Below are positions 23,651 through 35,310 of a stretch of 64,000 nucleotides of DNA, piece by piece. Below the pieces are notes generated by a model, which worked only from the letters and a program-made list of their open reading frames with translations, had not been told where the DNA came from and made no database searches. Position 1 is the first letter of the stretch. Each line of letters starts with the position of its first letter. A program made the translations under genes and the position numbers. This DNA comes from Azolla caroliniana (lineage: Eukaryota; Plantae; Polypodiophyta): assembly GCA_043228905.1 (NCBI GenBank), contig JBHGNT010000017.1, positions 1,674,001-1,738,000 on the forward strand. Reading direction: 5' to 3'.

Positions 23651-24690
23651 AACGTATTCTAAGACCAAAATTGGCCCATGAGACAATTGGTTTACAATAA
23701 AAATGGGGTATTTACCCATTCATCGAAAGCAAAAATTAAAATAAAATAAAGTAAAATAGTACTTAAGCTAAAGCGTTCAAGCAAAACAAAAACATGTTCT
23801 ATAAGGAAATGACTTTATACTAGGCCTAGTTTCATTTCTATCCAAGTCTCTCGAAAAGAAGTGGGAGGTTAAAGGGTTTCGATGTGGAGGTGGTCTGTGG
23901 TCCCAATGTAGAAGATATTGCAACCATAACTGTTAGGCAGTGTAGCTCACGTTCCCTTATCTTCTTAATTGTTTCTACTCCACGTCAAGTTTCTTTGAAG
24001 CTCGACATCCGAGGACGTTTGGTTGTTTGTTGCATTTGTACTCCATCAAGAGAGAGGGTGACTGGCGTAACCTTTCCTCTCTAGGAACTCCATTACTATG
24101 ATCATTCTCAATCTCAAGTTGGTGAGATGTTATCCTAAGTTGTCCAATGGCCACCCTGAGTGCATGTAAAGAATCGATGGTGATTCTTGTGCAGCGGAAT
24201 AGATGTGCGTTATGCGCGTATATGTGTGAGAGGAAAAGAGAGGAGAGAAAATAGAATACTCAAGGTGTATATTTCACAAGTAGAATAAGATTTTCAAAAT
24301 GTAGCATAACAAGGAGTCACAACTGACTTAATATGAAGTATGAGGAGGGTGCTTTATATATATAGTTACCCTCTCTCTTCATTAACTAACTACAACAGCC
24401 AGAGAGAGAACACTCTTTGTATTCAATAGAAATAAAAAAGGTAAGTGTGAATTACTAACTAATGACTTGGTCCTTCCCCATTGGGAACCCCCCCCCCTTT
24501 TCAAAATCACAACTACTTCTTTAAATAGAAACTTATTGGGAGCCCAAACGTTCATGAGATGAAACGTTTGTGCTTCCAAGATTTATTTAAATATTCTACT
24601 ATTTTCTTTTATGTAATTGTAACGGTTGTAACACTCTCCCGCTAGTCGAGAGAGTTTCGACCTCGAAACTATTGCATAAAGGTTCCTAGG

Positions 24691-27600
24691 TCAGGGCTCT
24701 GGTTGTTGTAGAGGCTCAAGTAGCCATTCAAACCCTGCTTGTAGCAACGCTTCTTCAGTTACCCACGATGCTTCGGATAATGGTTTCCCTCGCCACTTGA
24801 TGAAGTAGCGTCTTCTCCCTCTACGAACCTGTGTCTTCAAAAGTGCTTCAGGTTCACATCTAATAGTTGCCTCGCGCCCCCATGTTTCATCTGGGTGGAA
24901 ACGTTTTAGCAGGCTAACATGAAAAACATCATGTATCTTGGAAGCCTCCGGAAGTTGTAATTTGTAGGATACATTATTGAGTTGTTTGACCACCTTGTAT
25001 GGTCCATAGAACCTATGGTTAACTTTGGCGTGAGGCCCTGAAGTAACGGCCAACTAGCCGAATTGACAAGTACTAAATCCCCTGGGTAAAACTCCACGTG
25101 TTCCCGTTTCTTATAGACACGATTGATCATCTGTGACTTTGTTTTTATGAGATGCTCTTGTGCTGCTTGCATCCGGTCCTTCCACTCCTCCAAAAAACGA
25201 GACACATCCAATTCCTCTACTTGTGTCTTCTTATTTGTATGCAATAAAGCAATCGGTGTGAGGACTTCTTTACCTGTGGCGAGCTCGAATGGAGAGAATC
25301 CCGTTGATGAATGGATTGCAGCATTGTAACAAAATTCGAGCATGTCGATGTGTTCCACCCAGTCCGTCTGATCCGCTTTGACATAACATCGAATGTAGTC
25401 CTCGATGCCTTGATTGAGTCGCTCAGTTTGCCCGTCTGTTTGCGGATGTGCGGATGATGACATACAGAGCTGTGTGCCTAGAATCCGAAACAATTCTTGC
25501 CAAAATCCACTAGTGAACCTTGGATCCCTATCTGATACTATGATTTCTGGCAGCCCGTGATACTTAAAAACATGTTTAAAAAACAAGTGTGCTACATGTT
25601 GCGCTGTTAGAGGTGGCTTTGCTGGCACGAAGTGAGCTTGTTTAGAAAAAAAATCCACAATGACCATAAGGATGCAAAACCCCTTGGATGAGGGTAAATC
25701 AATTATAAAATCCATGCTTATTACATCCCATGGACGGGATGGTACCGGCATCTGTTGCAGTAGTCCGAGCGCTTTTCCTCGCCTAGCTTTCACGGCTTGA
25801 CATACCTGGCATGAACGTATATAGTCAATGATCTCATGTTCCATTCTTGGCCACACGAAGAACTTTTTAACAGCTTTTAATGTGCGCTTTTGTCCCCCAT
25901 GCCCGGCCATGTGGCAATCATGTAATTCCCTTAGTATCTTTGCCTTTAGTGATATATTATTCGGGATTACTATTTTATCATCACTCCACAATAAGCCGTC
26001 CTGCAACTTGTACATTCCATGAGTTATGCTCCCATTCATGACTTTGGTTACTAATTCGCGCATCTCTGCATCCTCTGTTTGTGCTTGTCGTACTTCATCT
26101 ATCCATCCTTGAGCCGAGATGACAGAAATATGGAGGATGCGTGGCAATCGACTTAATGCATCAGGTAATGTATGTAACTTGCCTTTTTTATGTACAATCT
26201 CCAAATCAAATTCTGCTAACATATCTTGCCATCTCATTTGTTTTGCTGAAAGTCGTGGTTGTGTCAGAAAATATTGCAAGGAGATGTTGTCGGTCACTAC
26301 TCGTGTAAATTTATCTTGTACGTAGTGCCGCCACTTCCGAAGTGCATAAACTATTGCCAACATTTCCTTCTCGTGTGTGGGCCACCGACTTTCTATCGCT
26401 GAAAACTTTTTTGACTCATAGGCAATCGGATGACCATCCTGCATAAGCACAGCCCCATAAGCAAAATCAGAAGCATCAGTGTGAATTTCAAATGGTTTTG
26501 AAAAGTCCGGGAGTTGAAGAACCGGTTGCACACACACTGCCTTCTTCAATTGATCGAAGGCATGTTGTTCACGTTAAGACCAACAGAATGTTTGTGAGCC
26601 TTTGATGAGATTCGTCAGTGGGGTTGCGATTTGACTGAAGTTTTTAATAAATCTTCTCACATACTGGACGAAGCCTATGAATTGCTGCACTTCGAGGACT
26701 TTGGTGGGTCGTGGCCAATCTTGAACTGCTTTTACCTTGGCCGGATCCATCTTGAGCCCTTCTCTTCCTATTCGAAATCCTAAGAATTCAAGCTCCTCCA
26801 TAGCGAACTCACACTTCTCAGGTTTTGCGTATAACTGATGCTCCCGTAATCGTTGCAGCACATTGGTGACATGTTGTTTATGTTCCTCAAAAGTCTTACT
26901 GAAAATTAACAAATCATCAATGTAAATTATCAAAAATTTATCCAAATAATCCCTAAAAATTTCATTTCCGAGCCTACAGAATGTTCCGGGTGCTCCTGTC
27001 AAACCGAAACTCATCACCAGCCATTCAAAACTGCCATATCTCGTCCTAAATGCTGTCTTCTCAATATCCTCCGTAGCTACGCAGATTTGATGATACCCTG
27101 ATCTGAGATCTATGCGAGAGAAATAACGGGCTCCTTGTAGTTGATCCAAGAGGTCGGAAATCAAAGGTAATGGGTATTTATTTTTTATGGTGATTTTGTT
27201 GAGAGACCTGTAATCCATGCACATGCGCAATGTCCCATCCTTCTTTGCCACAAAAATGACGGGCGCACCGTTGTCGTGACGATTTTCGGCTACGGTGTGA
27301 GTCGCTCGAGTAGCACACGCACGCGCGAATCTTCGCGACACCGTAAGGTGATTGGCTTGGTCTGATGAACCCACATGCTTCTAATTCTTGTAATTGTTGT
27401 TTTAGCTCTGCTAATTGAGTAGCATTCATTCGGTAAGGAGCTTTTACAGGTGGTATGCTTCCGGGAATGGTTGGGATTTTATGATCGATTGACCTTTGTG
27501 GCGGAAGAGTTTTGGGTAGCTCCGTTGTTAAGACATCCTTGTATTGCTCTAATATTTCCTTCATATTTTCTGCCCTTAGTCCTTCCTTCCTCACTGTTGT

Positions 27601-29283
27601 TGATGCTTGCAGGGCCGTGCAAAGAAAGAGTTGGCCGCCCTTCTTTAAGACTCGATTTGCCACCTTTCCCGTGCAAAGTTTTGCGGTCACGGTTGTCGCC
27701 TTTGCCTTTGCATTTCTCCTATGCATGTTTACAATGATGCCTCCCTTCCCATCTTCATTATCTAGTAACACCTTATCTACCTTTTTCCCGAATTGGTTGA
27801 TGACGTACTTATCCACCCATTCTAGCCCTAAGATCACCTCGCACGCATCCATGTCAACCGCTAGAAAAGGTGTTCGCCCCTTCCATTCTCCCGCTTCAAT
27901 CAAGACATTGGCTGCTAATGAACACTTATTAGTGTATCCCTGTACAAAACTCACAGAGAGGTTGGTTAAAGGTTGCAATTTTAATCCCCACTTCTTCGCG
28001 CATTCAGGTGTTATGAAGTTGTGTGTTGCACCGTTGTCTACCATTGCCTCACAACTATGCCCATTAATTTTTACGTTGAGAAAGAGATTACTTGTGTTAT
28101 TGAGTTTGACTGTGAGACAGGTAGGCCAGGTGGTGGCGGCTCCTGCACGTACAACGACTTCTTCATCTTCTTCCTCATATTGCGCTGCTATTGCTTGTAT
28201 GTCTTGCTCGGAACCTTCCTCGAGCTCTGTTAACTCGAGTTGTGAGGTGGCTACCCGCACCGTGAGTTGCTTCTTTTTTGGACAATTGGATGCCAAGTGA
28301 GGGCCTCCACACTCAAAACAGCCTCTTCTAATTAGTGGGGTTCGTTGTGTTGAAGTAGAAATGGGACTCCCCGGCTGTCCTCCTCCTCCCCCGCTATTTG
28401 TCCAGCTCGATCTAATTGGATCCCCTCGTGTTGTTCCTCTTCCTATCGAACTAGTGGTAGTCGTCCACCCACGATTGTTGGATGTACTTCCTAGATTGTT
28501 GTGGAAAGGTCGGGAGCTCCCTTCTATGTCTCCTATCCTCTCTGCCACCCTCATGGCTTCCTCACAAGTTTGAGGGTTCATCTTTTCTACCTCTATCCTG
28601 ATCCGAGGCTTCAATCCAACTAGGAACCCGTGGAGTTTGGTTATTTGATGAAGATGCGGCAGCTGCAATGTCACTTGGCGATACCTCTCAATGTACATGG
28701 TGAGTTGCCCTTCCCCTTGTCTCAACATCCTCCATTCATCCATGATGCGGAGATGTTCATTTTGTGGTATGAAATAATGACGCAATTCCCGCTTAAACTC
28801 TGTCCAAGGCGTGAACTCAAACACGCTTTCCCCCGACATGTACCAATTTTGTGCTGGTCCATCCAAAAAACACGCGGAGACCATCACCCACAAGTCGGGT
28901 TCTACTTGACTTTGGACGAGGAATAGTTCGGTTTCTCTTATCCATCTTGTAAGTACCACCGAGTTCCTCTCCCCCATGTACATTTTTGGTTTGATAGGTT
29001 TAAATGATCCCAAGTTGTGGCGGCGGTTCTCGGCATTCCCGACTTCCAGCCTCTGCACCATCTCCTCCAAACGCCCTGGTCCTCCTTCCGTGGGCCTTCT
29101 CCCTTGCGGCCCCGATTCCTCTTCTTCTCTCTCCCATCTTTGATCTTCCATATTGAACCTTCCATTCTCTAATTCGGTGGCCTCTTGGTCTCCTCGATCT
29201 AGGGCTATCTCCCCTAATGGAGTGTCTCCTTCGTTCCCTAGCTCTCCCAAGTTGATCCCTCTTCTTCGCCTTCTTCCCGCCAT
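24691..29283 (-). pseudogene. G2 gag-pol with C-terminal chromodomain, disrupted by a 69-bp insertion, a TAA at 26574 and a frameshift at ~25040
   Basis: Motifs CFECGGPHLASNC, VDNGATHNF, YIDD, TDAS, ISMDFI and chromodomain YFIKWRGKPLSEASWV. Confidence 0.93.
27272..27340. mobile_element. 69-bp miniature element, TGTCG...CGACA, 13-bp imperfect TIR, 4-bp TSD CCGT
   Basis: Removing it restores SPYGAPVIFV of the G2 RT. CCGT lies at 27268-27271 and 27341-27344. Confidence 0.85.
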
Positions 29284-29930
29284 TGGTTAGATAAAAGAGA
29301 GAGAAAAAAAAAAATAGTCTACTATCTTTGTGGTTACCTTGACTCCTCTCGTGGTGTCGTGTGCCACTTCTTCAATCTCTTCTTGCTGGAATGGCTTGCC
29401 AATCCTTATCTTGCTTTGATACCAAGTATTAAACCAATGGCACAAAATGAGAGAGAACACTCTTTGTATTCAATAGAAATAAAAAAGGTAAGTGCGAATT
29501 ACTAACTAATGACTTGGTCCTTCCCCATTGGGAACCCCCCCCCCCCCTTTTCAAAATCACACCTACTTCTTTAAATAGAAACTTATTGGGAGCCCAAACG
29601 TTCATGAGATGAAACGTTTGTGCTTCCAAGATTTATTTAAATATTCTACTATTTTCTTTTATGTAATTGTAACGGTTGTAACAATATTTCACAAGTAGAA
29701 TAAGATTTTCAAAATGTAGCATAACAAGGAGTCACAACTGACTTAATATGAAGTATGAGGAGGGTGCTTTATATATATAGTTACCCTCTCTCTTCATTAA
29801 CTAACTACAACAGCCACTCTCTCTCTTGGGGAATGTGAAGATTCATAGTCATGGGGAATATGTAACTCATTTGTTATGTTTCATAGAATATGATTCTATG
29901 ACACATAGTTAATGTGTAGAGAGTAGTGGT

Positions 29931-30015
29931 TGTTGGAAGCAATGTCGTCTGTGCGGAAGATCAAGAAGCACTCGTTTCCTGTTTATTCCCTGTGTATGAC
30001 AGAATGTAGGTCGTT

Positions 30016-30051
<36 letters not shown>

Positions 30052-33000
30052 AAAAGAGTTTCTTATTTCATAAAGCAACAATACAACAACCAACCTCACA
30101 AAGAGGTTACAAGGTCACTATATATAGTGACCGACTTAGGGCAACTGCCCTTTATGCTAATTACATAAATGGCCAAAACGGGATGGTGTGAATACGTCCA
30201 TTATACACAGGTATTCGACACTCCCCCGTAATGGGCGTATACATGGGTTATCTAAGATTACAGGTATAGACTTAGGTTCTCGGACATATCAGCTTTGTTC
30301 GAGTCGGCAGGGTCCGAAGGCAGAAGACCGAGCTGGTCGGGTCGGAACAGTTGAAGCCGATCATTAAGGAACTGACGTCGGTTGTCGGGAACCATCCTGC
30401 TCTGTGTCCGGCTCTAACCGGACTGGTTTGTCGTTACGCCCATCTGATGCCGAAGAGACCGAAAGCGGTCTGCCGAAAGACACTTGGTCATTCCATCTGC
30501 GACATTGTCGGTTGTGGATATTTTCTCTAGACCGATTTTCCCTGAAATGACGCAGTCCCGAACGAAGTGATATCGAACGTCGATATGTTTGGAGGCGTTG
30601 TGGTGAACCGGATTTTTCGACAAGGCAACAGCACCTTGACTGTCGCTGTAGACAACTGGAGCCGAGTCATGGTCGACTTGTCGAAACGTGTGCGCCAGCC
30701 GACCGAGCCACAAAGCTTCTTTTGCTGCGTCGGACGTAGCTACATATTCTGCTTCGGTCGTTGAGGTCGCTGTGCACTCCTGAAGTTTCGACTTCCACGA
30801 GATTGCTCCATTGCCGAATTTGAAGCAGTATCCGGTTGTTGATTTCCGACTGTCTATACAGCCGGCGAAGTCCGAGTCGGTGTAACCGACTACGCCTGAG
30901 GTTCGGTTCGGACCGAAAAGAATGCCATGATCTTTTGTGCCAGCCAGATATCTGAACACATGCTTGACTGCGTTCCAATGCGATCGGCCAGGATTGTGCA
31001 TAAATCTGCTAACGACTCCTACGGCATGAGAGATGTCAGGCCGTGTCGCGACCATCAGGTACATAAGGGAGCCGACTGCCGGTGCATACGGTACCGACTT
31101 CATATCTTCCCCCTCCGAACCGGATGTCGGGCAGTCTCGCTGAGAGAGCCGAAGATTCATAGGGAGTGGGGTTGAAGCAGATTTGGCTGATTGCATGTTG
31201 AAGCGTTCCAAGACACGTCCGATATAGTCGGTCTGAGACAAAAAAAGATGTCGTGTATTGCGATGCCGACTAATCTTCATGCCAAGGATGTGTCGTGCCG
31301 GACCGAGGTCCTTCATGGCAAACTTCAACCGCAGTTGCCGAACGAGATCGGCAAGTTCGCCCGCGTGGCGTCCAGAAATTAGCATGTCGTCCACGTAAAT
31401 GATGAGGAAGATGGGTGATCCATCTTGAGCTGTGTTGGTGAAGAGACAATGGTCCTCATCGCTTTTGGAGAAGCCGATCGATTGGATGAAGTCGTCGAAC
31501 TTCTTGTACCATTGTCGCGGTGCCTGTTTGAGGCCGTATAGACTCTTCCTGAGTCGGCAGACTAGATGTTCTTGGCCGGTTGCCACGAAGCCTTTTGGCT
31601 GCTCCATATAAATTTCCTCCTCGAGATCACCATGGAGGAAGGCTGTTTTGACATCTAGCTGAATCAGCTCCAAGTTGTCGGCTGCCACTACGCCGAGTAG
31701 GAAACGAAGGGTTGTCATTTTCACCACTGGTGAAAAAATCTCGTCGAAGTCGACGCCATATTCTTGTCGGAAGCCCTTCGCAACTAATCTGGCCTTGTAC
31801 TTTGGGGTGGTCGAATCAGACGTCTCTTTTAGTCGATAAACCCACTTGCAAGGAAGAGCACGTCGGTTCCTAGGTAATTCGACCAGATCCCAAGTCTTGT
31901 TTGCCCGAATGGAGTGCATTTCCGACTCCATCGCCAGATGCCAGGTGGCTGAATCGACGGATGTCGATGCTTCTTCGTAAGACGTCGGTTCGCCGGCGTC
32001 GGTGAAGAAAATTCCAGGAGAATACCTCTCCGGAGGTTGCGACAGTCTCTCGGATCGTCGAGGTATGATTGGACTGGTCGCATCGGGTATCGAGGTCGGA
32101 TGGTCCGAAACCGAATCATTCGGCTGTGCCGAGTCAGAGTTGTCCGAGTCGGTAGTATAAGGTTCAGCTACCCGTGAAGCTGACCGTGTGTTGAGAGCGG
32201 GGCCTTCTTGAAGGGTCGGCACATCGGAGAATGTTACCCTTCGGACTTCGATTGGTTTTTCGACTGATGGGTTCATAGCCGACTCGTTGAACACAACGTC
32301 CGAACTTCGGACGATTTGTCTGCGTTCGGGGTCCCAGAGTCGGTATCCCATTTCGCCGTCTGATCCATATCCAAGGAAAATGCATTTCCTGGACCGAGGT
32401 GCAAGTTTTCGGCGATCATCTTTCGGAATAAGGGCGTACGCCTCGCATCCGAAGATCCTCAACTTGTCGTAATTCGGCTTACTGCCGATCCATAGTTCCT
32501 GAGGAATTTGAAGTCCTAGAGGTCTACTTGGCGACATATTGATTATGTGTACTGCCGTGAGTAGAGCCTCTGCCCAGAAGCCATCCGACAGTCCGGAGTG
32601 TTGGAGCATGGAAACTATCCGTTCTTGGATTGTCCGATTCATTCGCTCTGCAATCCCGTTTTGCTCCGGACTGTGTGGTGCCGTAAATTCACGTCGGATG
32701 CCGCGTTGTCGGCAGAATTTGACGAATTCTTCTGATTTGAACTCTCCCCCGTTGTCTGTCCGAAAGCATTTCAGCTTTCGGTCGGTTTGATTTTCCACCA
32801 TAGCGAGCCAATCTGAAAAGATCGAGAAGACACGATCTTTGGTGCGAATTGGATACGCCCACACCTTTCGAGTCGAGTCGTCAATAAAAGTGACGAAGTA
32901 AGATGCACCGCCTAGAGACTGATGCGGCATTGGGCCACAGACGTCCGAATGGACTAAGTCGAGAGGTCTCGTTTCTCTTGGTGCTGATGTCGGGTGTGAT

Positions 33001-35103
33001 GCGGCTGCTTGTTTGCCATACTGGCAGTGCTCGCAAAATTGATGGTCCGAGAAGGAGAGTTTGGGGATGTATCCGGCTCTAGATAGGTGCGTGATGCCGG
33101 CCTTGCTGAGGTGTCCCAGTCTTCGGTGCCATAATGATGACACAGGAATATCCACCAAAAACAGGTTACCCTCTCTGAGCGTAACATGTAACGGATACAA
33201 TGAGTGTATCTTGGGTCCTCTAGCAAGCAGGAGGTTCCCCCTGTGGAGTGTCCACCCTCCCGAAGAAAAGCCGGCACGAATGCCGTCTTCATCCAGTTGT
33301 CCGACTGAGATCAATGGCCTTGAGAGCTCGGGTACATGTCGGACATTGTGGAGTACAAGTGTAGAGCCACCTGCAAGGTTGAGCTCTACTGTGCCGATTC
33401 CGATGATGTCACAGTGTTGTGAGTTGCCGACCCGAACTGAGTCGGAGTGACGGATCGTATATTGCCGAAATTGGGACCGATGAGGAGTCACATGAAATGA
33501 CGCGCCCGAATCCAAGAGCCATGTGCTCGATTCTTCAGTCGTGAGCAGAACTTCTGATCCGACTGGATTTTCGATTGATAGTATATTCGGGTCGTCCGGT
33601 AGTACATCAGCTGAGAAGCTGACGTAATTGATCTCCTCATGCCGGCCACTCTTCTTGTTGTTCTTGTTCTTGAGTGCGCGGCAGTCGGCTTTGATGTGTC
33701 CGGGTTTCTTGCAGTAGTTGCAGATTCGGTTATCCCGTGACTGGCTCCGTCTTCGCTGATTGTTCGGCGGCCGTGAGGAATCTCGTCCTCGTATGTTCGA
33801 TCGGTCTGTCGAACCTTGCACTACATAAGCGTCGTCTGTTGAGTCTTTGGCGAAAGACTTTCTCCGAGCTGCTTCAGTCAGGATGGCGCTCGTGACTTCG
33901 GAGTATTTAACAGCCGTGGTTGACGCGTTGCACACGGTTGTGACGAAAGTTTCCCACGATGAGGGAAGGCTGCTCATGAGTATCATTGCTCTGAGTTCAT
34001 CCTCGATTGCCGTCCCCTGTGACGAGATTTGGGAGCTTATGCTTTCGTACTCATTGAGGTGTGCTTGAACCGAATCGGATTCTTTCATCCGCAAGTTGTA
34101 GAGGCGCCGGATCAGAAACATCTTTGTTGCGGCGACCTTCTTTTCGTAAGTGTCCGACAGCGTTTTCCACAGTTCGAATGCTGTCGTACACGATTGCACC
34201 GTAAAGTATACCGATTCCGATAGGTGCATCCGAATCGTGGCGCGGACGATTCTGTCCAGCTTCTGCCACTCAATTGGTTTGTATCCTTCTGGAGGTTCTT
34301 CATTTTCGATGGGATCGATTTGCCCTTTGACTATGAGATAGTCCTGCATTTGCTCCTTCCAGAAGTTGAAGTTCGATCCATCGAACTTTCGTAGACTCAT
34401 TTCTGACGAGCCGGATGTTGATGCCATCAAGTTCGGTTTTGGTTGACGAAGCTCGGTTCGGAGTTGACTACGAACCTTGTTGGAGTGCAGCCGGTTGGCT
34501 CACCCGATATCGTTCTAGTCGGATTTGAACCCGAGTCGGTTCGGCTTCGGATATATGTATTGTTGAACTTGCTCGAATTGACTCCGGTAACTTGAGGGAC
34601 AGAACCGACTGGTCTTCCCGAATGTTGCCGAGTCGGAGTGAGCCCGGTTCGTTTCGGATATATATGCCGAATACCGATTATTAAAACCGATTATCTGAAC
34701 CGATTTTGCTTCGGTTGACTGCAGCGACGAGAGAGACGGATCCGACTGATCCTCCCGAATGTCGATCAGCCAGATGAAGCATGAATTTGGGTTGTTGTCA
34801 GGGTTGCACAAGGGGATTTCACCTCGAGCGGTTACGATCACGGGGAGCGGAGTACAACCTGCTGGCTTACTCCAAACAAAGATGATCTAACGCGATGAGA
34901 TGCAAACCTGGTTTTTCTTCTTCTTCTCTCTTCTTCGAATGACGCAGGGAACCGAATGCAGAGACGACGGCCGACAGCGGATTGAAGAACCGACTACTGT
35001 GCAGGCTCTGATACCAGATGTTGGAAGCAATGTCGTCTGTGCGGAAGATCAAGAAGCACTCGTTTCCTGTTTATTCCCTGTGTATGACAGAATGTAGGTC
35101 GTT

Positions 35104-35141
<38 letters not shown>

Positions 35142-35310
35142 AAAAGAGTTTCTTATTTCATAAAGCAACAATACAACAACCAACCTCACAAAGAGGTTAC
35201 AAGGTCACTATATATAGTGACCGACTTAGGGCAACTGCCCTTTATGCTAATTACATAAATGGCCAAAACGGGATGGTGTGAATACGTCCATTATACACAG
35301 GTATTCGACA
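29931..35310 (-). mobile_element. Ty1/Copia element E, intact and recent
   Basis: LTRs 29931-30220 and 35019-35310 differ only by one AG unit. TSD GTGGT at 29926-29930 and 35311-35315. PBS 35005-35016; PPT from 30221. Confidence 0.97.
30414..34430 (-). CDS. Copia gag-pol polyprotein, 1338 aa, intact
   Basis: CNYCKKPGHIKADC, DSGASFH, integrase, YVDD RT and RNase H. Confidence 0.97.
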   Translation of the reverse strand: MMASTSGSSEMSLRKFDGSNFNFWKEQMQDYLIVKGQIDPIENEEPPEGYKPIEWQKLDRIVRATIRMHLSESVYFTVQSCTTAFELWKTLSDTYEKKVAATKMFLIRRLYNLRMKESDSVQAHLNEYESISSQISSQGTAIEDELRAMILMSSLPSSWETFVTTVCNASTTAVKYSEVTSAILTEAARRKSFAKDSTDDAYVVQGSTDRSNIRGRDSSRPPNNQRRRSQSRDNRICNYCKKPGHIKADCRALKNKNNKKSGRHEEINYVSFSADVLPDDPNILSIENPVGSEVLLTTEESSTWLLDSGASFHVTPHRSQFRQYTIRHSDSVRVGNSQHCDIIGIGTVELNLAGGSTLVLHNVRHVPELSRPLISVGQLDEDGIRAGFSSGGWTLHRGNLLLARGPKIHSLYPLHVTLREGNLFLVDIPVSSLWHRRLGHLSKAGITHLSRAGYIPKLSFSDHQFCEHCQYGKQAAASHPTSAPRETRPLDLVHSDVCGPMPHQSLGGASYFVTFIDDSTRKVWAYPIRTKDRVFSIFSDWLAMVENQTDRKLKCFRTDNGGEFKSEEFVKFCRQRGIRREFTAPHSPEQNGIAERMNRTIQERIVSMLQHSGLSDGFWAEALLTAVHIINMSPSRPLGLQIPQELWIGSKPNYDKLRIFGCEAYALIPKDDRRKLAPRSRKCIFLGYGSDGEMGYRLWDPERRQIVRSSDVVFNESAMNPSVEKPIEVRRVTFSDVPTLQEGPALNTRSASRVAEPYTTDSDNSDSAQPNDSVSDHPTSIPDATSPIIPRRSERLSQPPERYSPGIFFTDAGEPTSYEEASTSVDSATWHLAMESEMHSIRANKTWDLVELPRNRRALPCKWVYRLKETSDSTTPKYKARLVAKGFRQEYGVDFDEIFSPVVKMTTLRFLLGVVAADNLELIQLDVKTAFLHGDLEEEIYMEQPKGFVATGQEHLVCRLRKSLYGLKQAPRQWYKKFDDFIQSIGFSKSDEDHCLFTNTAQDGSPIFLIIYVDDMLISGRHAGELADLVRQLRLKFAMKDLGPARHILGMKISRHRNTRHLFLSQTDYIGRVLERFNMQSAKSASTPLPMNLRLSQRDCPTSGSEGEDMKSVPYAPAVGSLMYLMVATRPDISHAVGVVSRFMHNPGRSHWNAVKHVFRYLAGTKDHGILFGPNRTSGVVGYTDSDFAGCIDSRKSTTGYCFKFGNGAISWKSKLQECTATSTTEAEYVATSDAAKEALWLGRLAHTFRQVDHDSAPVVYSDSQGAVALSKNPVHHNASKHIDVRYHFVRDCVISGKIGLEKISTTDNVADGMTKCLSADRFRSLRHQMGVTTNQSG

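Larger units (their letters stand above)
24402..29683 (-). mobile_element. Ty3/Gypsy chromovirus G2
   Basis: LTRs 24402-24633 (22 bp short) and 29427-29683. PBS iMet-like 29413-29424; PPT from 24634. Domain order gag-PR-RT-RH-INT-chromodomain. Confidence 0.94.
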
